Part shown: one piece after another, positions 1 to 9,724 of the stretch
Numbering within the stretch: position 1 is the stretch's first letter
How the letters are laid out: each line of letters starts with the position of its first letter
Made by a program: the position numbers and the translations under genes
Notes under the pieces: model-generated
Database searches by the model: none
The model's input: only the letters and a program-made list of their open reading frames with translations
Told to the model about the DNA's origin: nothing
From: Scenedesmus sp. PABB004
Taxonomy: Eukaryota
NCBI GenBank assembly: GCA_014905635.1
Contig: JABVCE010000029.1
Location: forward strand, 1-64,000
Reading direction: 5' to 3'
DNA length: 64,000 nt

Positions 1-1478
1 GGCGGGCGGCGCTCGCGCCGCGCGGCAATCGCCGCGCGCCGCCGCCCGCGCCAGCCCCGCGCGCCGCGCCCGGCGTGGCCGGGCAGGCCGGCGCAGGCCG
101 GCGCTGCGCGCCGCCGCTCGCACCGTTTTGTGTCGCAGCTCCATGCCCACGAGGGGCCCGAGCGAGTAGTTGCCGGCCATCACGCGCGTGTAGGCGATGT
201 TTAGGTGCCTGCCGTGTGTGAGGGGTGCGTGTGTGTGTGCGTGTGGGTGAGGAGGGCGTGCGCACCCAGCACGCGCAGCGCCCGCAGCGCGCCCAGCGCG
301 CGCAGCAGCCCACATCACACCCAAACACCCCCCCCCCCCTCACCCTCACCCCTCTCACCACCCATCACCCTCAGCCTCACCCTCACCACCCATCACCTGT
401 TAAGGGCCAGCATGAGCGCGACAGCGTGCTCCGCGACGCTCGTGGGGCTGTAGGTCGGCACGCGCGCGACCTTGATGCCCGCCGCCGCGCAGGCGCCCAG
501 GTCGACGCGCTCGTAGCCCGCACAGCGCATGGCCACCATCTTCACGCCCCCCGCGGCGAGGCGCTTGACCGCCTGGCGAGTCGGCCGCGGCGGACGACGC
601 GGCGTGGTAGGCGCGCGGGAGCGGCGGGGGTGAGCCGGCCTGTGCGGCGCGGCGCGGCGGCGCCCCGCGCAGGCACGCGTGCGCTGCGCCCCCCCCCCCC
701 CCCCCCCCCCCGCTGCGCCGCGCGCGCGCTTGGCGCCGCAGTCGTCGTTCACAAACAGGCACACCACGTCCGCGCCCGCCGCGAGCTCCGCGGTGTACCG
801 GTCCAGGCGGGCCTGGGGGCGGCGGCGGGGCGGCGGCAGGCGCGGCGCTGCTCGTGGGGCGCCCGCGCCGGCGCGGCGCGGCGCCGCCGCGGAGCCGCGC
901 CAGCCCCCGCCTGTCCGGCCGCGGCGCCGCGCGGCGCCGCACCTCCACAAACTCCACGTTGTCAAAGCCCGCCGCGGTGAGGGGCGGCCCCAGGAAGCTC
1001 TCCACGTACTGCGGCCGGCGGCAGCGGCGGCGGGCGTGGGGCGTGCGCGGGCGCTGGCGACGCAAGGCGGTGGCCACGCCCGCGCCGCGCCCCGCGCGCC
1101 GCGCCGCGCGCCGCGCCGCGCCTGCTGCGCGCTGTAAACGACGATCTTTGACTGCGGCGGCGCGGGCGGGCGGGCGGGCGCGGCGGCGTGGGCATGGCTG
1201 CAGCTCAGGCGGCCGGAAGGAGGCCGCGCGGGGCGCGGCGGGGGCGCGGGGCGAACCTGCGCCTTGCGCCACACCGCCTCCTCGCTGTCGGAGCTCGCCG
1301 CCGCGGGCACGGCGCCGTCCGTGGCGCCCGTCTGCGTGCCCGCGTCCGCGGCGGCGGCGACGCCGCGCCGCCGCGCCACGGCGGCCCGCCGCCCGGCCGC
1401 TGCAGCCGCTGCTGCGCTGCCGCTGCCGCCGCGCCGGGCGCCGGCCGCGCGCTGGCGCGTGGCGAGGGAGTGCAGCAT
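1..1478 (-). CDS. D-lactate dehydrogenase (D-2-hydroxyacid dehydrogenase family), spliced, 3' part runs off the window
   Basis: Joined exons read KIVVYSAQQ/YVESFL.../ARLDRYTAELAAGADVVCLFVNDDC/AVKRLAAGGVKMVAMRCAGYERVDL...ARVPTYSPTSVAEHAVALMLALNR/HLNIAYTRVMAGNYSLGPLVGMELRHKT, typical of LdhA-type enzymes. N-terminus is Ala/Arg-rich like a transit peptide. Confidence 0.92.
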
Positions 1479-1862
1479 CCTGGCCGGCCGCCGATGCGAC
1501 GATCTGGGGCGCCGGGAGGGCCGCTAGGGTGGCCGAGCTGCGGGGTGCCGAGCCGGGCCGATCGAGCGGAGCGCGCGGCACCTCTGGAGAACGGCCTGCC
1601 GAGCGTTGAGTGACGGGGAGCTGCGGGGACGCCAGCCGAGCAGCTCGCGCGGGCGCAGGGTCCAAGCGGCGGCATCTTCTTCGGAGCCCCGCGGCGGCGC
1701 GGCAGCGACGCCCCGCCGGCGCTGCGGCGCGAGGAGACGGCGATCGCGCGGAGCCGTGTGCAGAATCGAGCAGTTTCAGGGACGACGCGGCGCTTCGCAG
1801 CGCCTGCTAGCCCTCCCGCCGCCGCGGCCGCCGCCGGGTCAACGCGCACGCTACTGCGCGTG

Positions 1863-3461
1863 CTAGCCCTGGCCGCCGCCGCCGGGGTCGAACAGCGCCA
1901 GCGCGTCGTCGAGCGGCAGCAGCGCCACGCGCGGCTGCTGGTCGCCCGAGCCGTAGCCGATGAGGAGTTGGCGCGACTCCTCCAGCAGCTGCAGGCTCGC
2001 GGGGAACGCGATGTGCCGCCACTCCCGTATGCGCGGGTGCGGCCCGTACACGAGCGGCAGCGGCGCGCTGACTTGCAGGATCTCAAACGGCGGCGCGGCG
2101 GCCATCTTGTAGAGGTAGTTGGTGTAGGAGCGGTTGACCTCGACGTGGAAGATGCCCAGGTACACGTCAGCGTCACCCTGGCGGCCGCCCGACAGCAGCG
2201 CGGCCGGCAGCAGCACCGCCTGCGTGTTGCCGCGCGGCGGCGCCGCGAGGCGTCCCAGCACGGCGCGGCTGTCGGTCTCGTGCGCCACGACGCACGCGCC
2301 GTCGGGGCCGGGCGCGATGACGACGTGCGGCAGGAAGCTCTGCGCGGGCGGGGCGCGGGCGTCGTCGCGGGCGCCGGCGCGCGGGCCCAGCCGCCCGGCG
2401 GCGCCGCCCCCTCCCAGGGGGCGCGCACTGCACGCGCGCTGCGCCCCCCGTGCCTGTGAGAAGAGGAGGCGGTCACCGTGGAAGAAGGCGTTCCAGTTCT
2501 TCTCCTTGCGCAGGTGGTGGTGCGGCGCAGTAGACGCGTTGCGCGCGCCGCCAGCCCGCGCGCCGCCCGCGCGGCGCGGCGTGTAGCGCAGCCGCAGCGG
2601 CCACGCCGCGCGCGCCCACGCGTCGCCAGCGTCGCGCGGCGCGTGCGACAGCAGCGGCACGAGCCAGGGCTGCTGCACCCACGGCCCCGTGCACTGCGCG
2701 CCGGCGAGGCCGCCGCCGCGCGGGCTGGGCGCGGGGGGCTTGGCAATGAACATCAGCCACAGCCCCCGCCCCGGCCAGACCAGCAGGCGCGGGTCCTCGG
2801 GGCCTGCGCGCGCGGCGCGGCGCGGCGCGGCGGCGGCGTCAGCTGCTGGCAGCGGCTCGGCCGACCGGCGGGCGGCGCGCTGGCCCGGCGCGCCGGCCGC
2901 CTGCGCGCCGGGCGGCCGCCGCGACACACCAATCGACTCGAACCCGGCGCCCAGCAGGCAGTCCTCCGCCCAGCTGCGCGGGTCGTGGTCCGCGCACGCC
3001 GTCGGCTGCAGCGTCGCCTCGTCGAGCGTGCAGAGGCTGATGCCGCTCGACCACCAGCTCACCCACTTCTTCGCCGCGTCGCGGTCGGCCGGGTAGTCGA
3101 GCGTCTCGACGCGCAGGCTCAGGTAAAACTGCGTCCGCCGCACCGCGGCGTAGAAGCGGCCCCCGAAGCGCAGCACCGCGACGTTGCCGTGGTAGCTCCG
3201 CGTGCGGTGGTGCACGGGGAGCGCCTGCCCGCGCAGCGTGACGCCGGGGCCGTCGGCGGCCGACACGGCGGCGGCGTCGGCCGCCGAGAAATTGAGCGCG
3301 ACGTCGCTCGCGTGCTGCTGCGCCGTCCAGGCGGGCAGCGGCGCCAGGAGGCCGGGCGGCGGGGCTGCAGGCGCGCTCTCCGCCCCCGGCGGGGGCGCCG
3401 CTGCTGCTGCTGCCGCGAGCGCCGCCGCCGCGAGCAGCAGGCACGCTAGGCGGCGGCGCAT
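1863..3461 (-). CDS. Secreted predicted 5-bladed beta-propeller glyco-enzyme (beta-mannosyltransferase GT91 / GH130-like motifs), 3 exons
   Basis: Signal peptide [21 protein letters not shown]; spliced motifs G-PEDPRL, KEKNWNAF, PPRGNT and LLIGYGSGD. One GT-AG and one GC-AG intron (donor at 2453). Confidence 0.6.
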   Translation of the reverse strand: MRRRLACLLLAAAALAAAAAAAPPPGAESAPAAPPPGLLAPLPAWTAQQHASDVALNFSAADAAAVSAADGPGVTLRGQALPVHHRTRSYHGNVAVLRFGGRFYAAVRRTQFYLSLRVETLDYPADRDAAKKWVSWWSSGISLCTLDEATLQPTACADHDPRSWAEDCLLGAGFESIGVSRRPPGAQAAGAPGQRAARRSAEPLPAADAAAAPRRAARAGPEDPRLLVWPGRGLWLMFIAKPPAPSPRGGGLAGAQCTGPWVQQPWLVPLLSHAPRDAGDAWARAAWPLRLRYTPRRAGGARAGGARNASTAPHHHLRKEKNWNAFFHGDRLLFSQARGAQRACSARPLGGGGAAGRLGPRAGARDDARAPPAQSFLPHVVIAPGPDGACVVAHETDSRAVLGRLAAPPRGNTQAVLLPAALLSGGRQGDADVYLGIFHVEVNRSYTNYLYKMAAAPPFEILQVSAPLPLVYGPHPRIREWRHIAFPASLQLLEESRQLLIGYGSGDQQPRVALLPLDDALALFDPGGGGQG

Positions 3462-3688
3462 CTTACTCGAGGAATCGGTGGCATGCTGCCGACGCGCCGG
3501 GGGCGGGCGCCGTGTGTTGTGCTGCGCAGGCGTGCGCTCCGCGGCATTCCTGGGCCGGCCAACTGTCATCCTGGCGCCGCGCTAAACCTTCGCAGCACCG
3601 CGATTAAGTCTCTCGAGGTACGCGTGCAGCTCGTGCGCCCCACGCCGCCGACGAACGCGCGCGAGGCTGCGCGCGGCAGGGGCGCGAG

Positions 3689-6600
3689 ATGCTGTGCCGG
3701 GCTGCGCGCCTCCGCGCCCTGGCCGCGCTGCAGCTGGGCGCCGCTGGCCACGGTGATGTGCAGCATCCTCAGGCCCTCCCGGCGGCCTGGTGGGCGCTGA
3801 CCGCCAGCCTGCGATCCTGCGCCGCCGCCGCCGCCGCCGCCGGCGGCAGCAGCTGCGCGCTCGACGGCGGTGCCGGCCTCCGCCGGCGAGCCGGCGGAGC
3901 TGGATGCGCCGGCCAGCAGCTGCAGCTGCAGCAGTCAGCCTGGAGCGCGCCGTCGGGCCGCGGCTTCGCGGCAGCCGGCGCGGCGGCGCCGCCGCCGCCC
4001 GGCGGCGCGCCCGGCGACGCGGCGAGGCGGGCGGCCGGGAGCAGCGGCGCCGCGCCCGACGTGGCGCTCGGCTTTGCGCGCGGCGGGTTTGACCCCGGCA
4101 TGTTCCCGCCCGAGCGCGTGCGCAACTTTTGCATCATCGCGCACATCGACCACGGCAAGAGCACGCTCGCGGACCGGCTGATGCAGGCCACGGGCGCAGT
4201 GCCGCCCGGGTCGCGGGCGCAGTACCTGGACCGGCTTGACGTCGAGCGCGACCGCGGCATCACGGTCAAGGCCCAGACCGCGTCGCTCGTGTGGGCGCCG
4301 CCGGGCGGCGGGGCGCCGTACCTGCTGAACCTCATCGACACCCCCGGCCACGTGGACTTCAGCTACGAAGTAAGTGCGGCGGCAGGGGCGGGGGGGGGGG
4401 GGCGGCAGAGGCGGCAGCGGCGGCAGCGGCGGCAGGGGCGGCAGAGGCGGCGGGGCGGCGGGGCGGCGGGGCGGCTGCAGCGCACACGCAGCGCACGCGC
4501 GCGGCGCGCAGCACGCGGCGCGCGGCGGCGGCTCGGCCAACGCGACGGCGGCCGCGCCCGCCGCGCCGCAGGTGTCGCGCAGCCTCGCGGCGTGCCAGGG
4601 CGCGCTGCTGCTGGTGGACGCGAGCCAGGGCGTGCAGGCGCAGGTGCGGCGCCCGCAGCGGGCGCCGGGCGGGCGCCGGGCGGCGCGCCGCGCCGCGCCG
4701 CGCCGAGCCGCGCCGCGCCGAGCCGCCCTCACCCCGCCGGCTGCCCCCGCTGACCGCGCCTGGCTGGCGCCGCCGCGGCCGCACAGACAGTGGTGAGCGG
4801 GCACTGGCGCTGGCCGCCGCGCCGCCGCCCAGCGCCGCGCGCACGGCGGGGCGCCCGCCGCCGAGGCCCGGGCCGCGCGGGCCGTCGCCGGCGCGCCTGA
4901 CTGAGCGCCCCCCCCCCCCCCTCCACGTTTGAAGGCCAACTTTTACCTCGCATTTGAGCAGGAGCTGGCGCTGCTGCCGGTGCTCAACAAAATCGACCTG
5001 CCCTCGGCAGACCCCCAGGGTGCGGGCACCGCCCGCGCGCCGGCGGGCGCCGCCTCGGCGCGTGCGCCCCCCGCACCCGCGCTGTGCCCCCTGACCGCCC
5101 GCCCGCCCGGCCCCCGGGCGCGCCGCGGTGCCAGCCGCGCTGGCGCAGATCGTGGCCACGTTCGACCTCCCCCGGGCGACGTGCTGTCCGTGTCCGCCAA
5201 GACCGGCCTCGGCCTCGACGCCCTGCTGCCGGCGGTCGTCGAGTGAGCGAGGAGGCCGCCGGCGCCGCCGCCGCCACCGCGACCGCCGCCGCCACGCCGC
5301 CCTCTGCGCCCACCGCGCCGCCGTCGCGGCCGCCGCCGCCGCCGCCGCGGCGCAGGCGCGTCCCGCCGCCGCGCGGCGACCCGGGCGCCCCGCTGCGGCT
5401 GCTCGTGTTTGATGCCTTTCACGACGAGTACCGCGGCGTGGTGGTGCTCGCGGCGGTCGTGGACGGGTCGCTGGCGGCGGGCGAGCGCCTCGCCGCGTGC
5501 TCCGACGGCCAGACCTACGAGGCGCTCGAGGTGCGCGCGGGCCTGTGCGCTGCGTGTGTGGGTGGGTGGGGGTGGGTGGGGGGGGGGGTGTGGGGGGTGG
5601 GGGTGGGGTGGGGGGGGGGGGGTGGCAGGCAGGTGCCGGCGCCGCGCGCGCGGGCGGCGCACACGCGCGGGCGGGCGCCAACGGCGCCGCCGGCGCCCGC
5701 AGGTCGGCATGCTCACGCCGGAGCCGCACCCGACCGGCAAGCTGCTCACCGGCCAGGCGCGCCGCGCGCGCCGCGCGCCGCCCGCGCCGCTGCGCCCCGC
5801 CCGCCCTGGCAGGGCGTTGCGCGTCCCTGACGCCCTGGCCCCCTCGCCGCCGCCCTCGCGGGGCCACCCACCTCAACAGGTGGGCTACATCATCCCGGGG
5901 GTGAAGGACGTCCGCGCCGCGCGCGTCGGCGACACCTGGCACGCGGCGCGCGCGCCCGTCGCGCCGCTGCCGGGGTTCAAGCCCGCCAAGCCCATGGTCT
6001 TTGCCGGTGCGCGGCGCCGCCCGCGCGGGGCACCGCTGCGGGGGAGGGCCGCCGCCGCGGGCGGCCTGTCGGGGTGCTGCTGCCTCGGGCCTCAGCCCCC
6101 GCCGCCGCCGCCGCGTGCGTGTGTGCGCAGGCCTGTACCCCGCGTCGGCGGACGAGTACGAGGGCCTGGCCGCCGCGATTGAGCGCCTGGGCCTCAACGA
6201 CGCCAGCGTCAGCGTGCGCAAGGAGACGAGCGACGCGCTCGGCGCGGGCTTCAGGCGCGCGCCGCGCGGCCACGCGGCCGCGCAGCGCAGCGCGGCGCGG
6301 CTCCACGGCGCGGCGCATCGCGCGCTTTGTCACGCACCGCGCGTCGCCGCCGCGCCGCGCCACCGCGCAGGTGCGGCTTCCTGGGGCCGCTGCACCTGGA
6401 GGTCTTCCTCGCCCGCCTGAGCGCGGAGCACCGCGCCGAGGTCATCTCCACCGCGCCGACGTGCAGCTACGAGCTCGAGCTCGCCGGCGCCGAGGGCGGC
6501 GCGCGGGTGACCATTGAGAGCGCGGCAGAGTTCCCGCGCCGCCACAAGGCGCGGCGGCGCCCGCGGCGGCGCCCGCGGCGGCGGGGCGGCGGGGTCGCTC

Positions 6601-7006
6601 CCGCGCGGCCGCTCCCGCGTCGCCGCTCCCGCGCACACGCGCTGCCCGCCCCGCCAGGTCGTGGCCATCCACGAGCCCACAGTGATTGCCACCATCATCA
6701 CGCCCCAGCAGTGAGCGCGGCGCGCTCGCCCGCGCGCACCGGCCGCGCGCCGCGGGCGCCCCCGGCCCCGCCCGGCCCGGCCTGGCTGCCGCCGCGCCAC
6801 GGACCTGCTGCTGCCCCCGCGCGCGCCCGCCGGCAGGCACTGCGGCGCGGTGATGAAGCTGCTGGCGGCGCGCCGCGGCGACCAGCTGGAATACAACTTC
6901 ATCGGCGGCAGCGGCGGAAGCAGCGGCAGCAGCGGCAGCAGCGGCAGCAGCAGCGGCAGCAGCGGCAGCCCTGGCGGCAGCGGCGGCGGGCTGGGCGCAC
7001 CAGACC

Positions 7007-7043
<37 letters not shown>

Positions 7044-7896
7044 GGCGGCGGCGGCGGCGGGCTGGGCGGGGACCGCGTGCTGCTGCGCTACACGCTGCCC
7101 CTGGCGGAGCTCGCGGGAGACTTTTACTCGCGCCTCAAGTCGGCGACCGCCGGGTGCGCGCGCGGCCGGCGGTCGCCCCGCGCCGCCGGGCGCGGCGCGT
7201 GGGCCGCAGCCCGCGCCCGCCGCGGCGCTGCGACACCCCGCCGCGCCCCGCGCCCCGCCCCGCCGCGCGCCGTGGCCAGGTATGCGTCGTTCGACTACGA
7301 GCCGGGGCCGCAGCGGGTCGCCGACCTGGTGCTGCTGGAGCTGCTGGTCAACGGCAAGCCCGTGGACGCGCTGGGCCGGCTCGTGCCGACAGGTGCGGCG
7401 CGGCGCGGGGCGGCGGCGGCGCCCGCCGCCGGCGCGCTGCCCTGCCAGACCCCGCCTGCCGCCGGCGCCGGCGGCGCCGCAGCCGACGCGACGCGGCTGG
7501 GCCGCGCGCTGGCGGCGCGCATGCGCGAGCTGCTGGACCGGCAGCAGTTTGAGGTGATCATACAGGTGCGTGTGCACACGCGGAACGTGCGCGCGCGCGC
7601 GGCAACGACAGCGGAGCCGCCCGGGCCCCAAGGGCCACTGCGCCCCGCTGCGCGCCGCCGCCGTGCCGCGCGCTGAGCGCGCCCGCCGCGCGCAGGCGTC
7701 GGCGGGCGGGCGCATCGTGGCGCGCGAGACGCTGCGCGCGCTGCGCAAGGACGTGCTGGCCAAGTGCTACGGCGGCGACGTCTCGCGCAAACGCAAGCTG
7801 CTCGCGAAGCAAAAGGAGGGAAAGAAGCGGATGAGACAGCTCGGCGGGCTGAGCGTGCCGTCCGACATCTTCCCCGAGCTCCTGAAGCCCGTGTGA
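3689..7896 (+). CDS. GUF1: Translation factor GUF1/LepA (EF-4), organellar (probably mitochondrial), 15 exons
   Basis: [68 protein letters not shown] and the C-terminal [20 protein letters not shown]. Contains a 6-nt exon at 4787-4792 and two apparent 1-nt frameshifts (near 5170 and 7041). Confidence 0.96.
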
Positions 7897-8193
7897 GGCG
7901 CGGCCTGGTCCGCCGGCGAAGCCTGGTCCGCGGGCGCGCCGCCGCCGCAATGCGGAGGGCGCCGCCGACTACCGTTCCGAGGCGCCTCGGAACGCCGGCG
8001 AGCAGCGGGGCGGCTGGTGACGCCGCGGACCGGCGGCGGGTGACGACGCCCAAAATGCCGCCCCGCCCGCCCCTTATCTCGCGCCCGACGTCCCGCCATT
8101 CGCCAGCTCCGCCGCGCGCCCCGCCGCCGCACGAGGCGCCCAGCAGCAACCGCAGAGCAGCGGCGGCCGCCGCAGTTGTGTCGCCCGGCCGCC

Positions 8194-9534
8194 ATGGGCG
8201 CCTACGAGCTGCCCGCCGCGGCCGTCGCGAGCCTGGCCGACCCTGCAGCTCGCCTGGAGCTGCACGCCATCGTTTTCTCGCACTACTGCGCGCGCGCCGC
8301 CTGGGCGCTGCGGCTGTGTGGGTGCAGCTTTGAGGCCGTCGGCTGCCTGCCCCTGCAGCACATCCCCCACATGCGGAGCCTGCAGGCGAGCGCACTGCCG
8401 CGCGCGAGCCGTGCCGCGCGCGCGAGCTGCTGGCGCGGCGGCTCACCGCGCACCCGCCGCAACCGCCGCGCAGGCGCGCTTCGGCCCCGCCGCCGGCCGC
8501 GCCCGCCCGACCGCGTCGAGCCGCTCGCCCTATGCGACGCCCGCGCTCGCAATCTACGACGCGGCCGGCACGCCGCTCTGGTGAGCCGCGCGCCAAGGGC
8601 GCCCCGCGCGCGCTGTGCGCGCGCACGCCCGGCCGCGCCGGCCGCCGCGCGCCGCCGACGCCTCACCCGGCCGCACCCGCGTGCCGCCTCCCCTCTCAGC
8701 CTGCTGCAGGACAGCGCGCTCATCTCGCGCTATGCCGCGCTGCGCGGCGACGCGCTGGGCCTGCCCGGCGCGGCGCGCACGCTCTACGGCGCGGCGCCCC
8801 TCGCGCTCGCGCCGCCGGGCGGCGGCGCGGCGCTGGTGCCCGGCGAGGCCGCGGCGGCGGCCGCGGCGGCCGCCGGCGCTGGCGCGGGCGCGTGGGCGGT
8901 CGTCGGGCGCGGCGCGTCGTACGACGCGATCGCCGCGGCGGAGCTGCGGCTCGAGGGCCCGGTGGGCGTGGAGGCGCGGCGCGTGGTGTACTTTTACATG
9001 CTGCCCCTGCGCCGCGTCGGCGGCGCGATCTTTGCGCGCAACGCGACCGGCGGCGCCCTCGCGGCGGCGGTCTCATACTGGGTCAGCCGCCTGCTGCTGC
9101 CGCGCCTGCTGCGCGTCAACGCGGCCACCGCCGCGGCGGGCGAGGCGAAGCTGGCGTCCGAGTTTGACTACTTTGACGGCCTGCTGGCGGGCGGCGGCGG
9201 CGCGCCGCACCGCCACCTCTTCGGTGACGCGCTGAGCGCGGCCGACGTGTCGCTCGCGACGCTCACGGGGCCGGTGGTCGCCGTGCCGGCGGAGCTGCAG
9301 GACATTTGGACGCCCGCGCCGGCCGAGCTGCCGCCGGCACTGCGCGAGCTGGTCGAGGTGCGGCCTGCGCGCGCTGCCAGCTGCGGGCCCGCCTGCGCCG
9401 CCCGAGCCCGCAGCCGCTGACCGCCGCCGCCGCCGCCGCCGACGCCGCAGGCGCTGAGCGCGCGCCCGACCGGGCAGCTGGCGCTGGAGCTGTGGCGCAC
9501 GTACGGGCCGCGCGCCGCTACGGCCAAGATCTAG
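8194..9534 (+). CDS. Glutathione S-transferase-like protein, 4 exons
   Basis: N-terminal FSHYCARAAWAL thioredoxin-fold motif, TP...QDSALI and C-terminal HLFGDALSAADVSLA (GST N-capping box). TAG at 9532-9534. Confidence 0.78.
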
Positions 9535-9645
9535 GCTTTGACTGACCGAGCTAGCGCTGCTGATGAACGCAGATCTAGGCTGCTGGCTGACTAGCTAGCG
9601 CTGCTGGCGAACGCAGCGCGGCGGGCGGCGCGCATGCGCGGCGTG

Positions 9646-9650
9646 TGTAA
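9646..9650 (+). promoter_or_regulatory. Chlorophyte-type polyadenylation signal TGTAA for the GST-like gene
   Basis: TGTAA about 110 nt after the stop codon, in DNA where such AT-rich words are rare. Confidence 0.6.
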
Positions 9651-9724
9651 CACATCCGTCGCACGCGCGCAACCACCCGCGCGCTGCGCCGCGCGCGTGC
9701 CGCCGCGCCGCCGCTCGCCGCCGC

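Noticed and set aside
722..732. Apparent non-canonical CG donor in the LDH gene (AAG|CGCGCG)
   Set aside because: Most simply AAG|GCGCGC with one G lost in assembly, or a GC donor one codon later. Not counted as a new splice class.
5168..5175. Frameshift in GUF1 (FDLP/GDVL), with similar ones near 7041, 30355, 41820-41950, 42680, 49440 and 51300
   Set aside because: All sit in C/G homopolymers or GGC/GC repeats within otherwise intact genes, so long-read indel errors are more likely than programmed frameshifting or pseudogenes. Short-read polishing would settle it.
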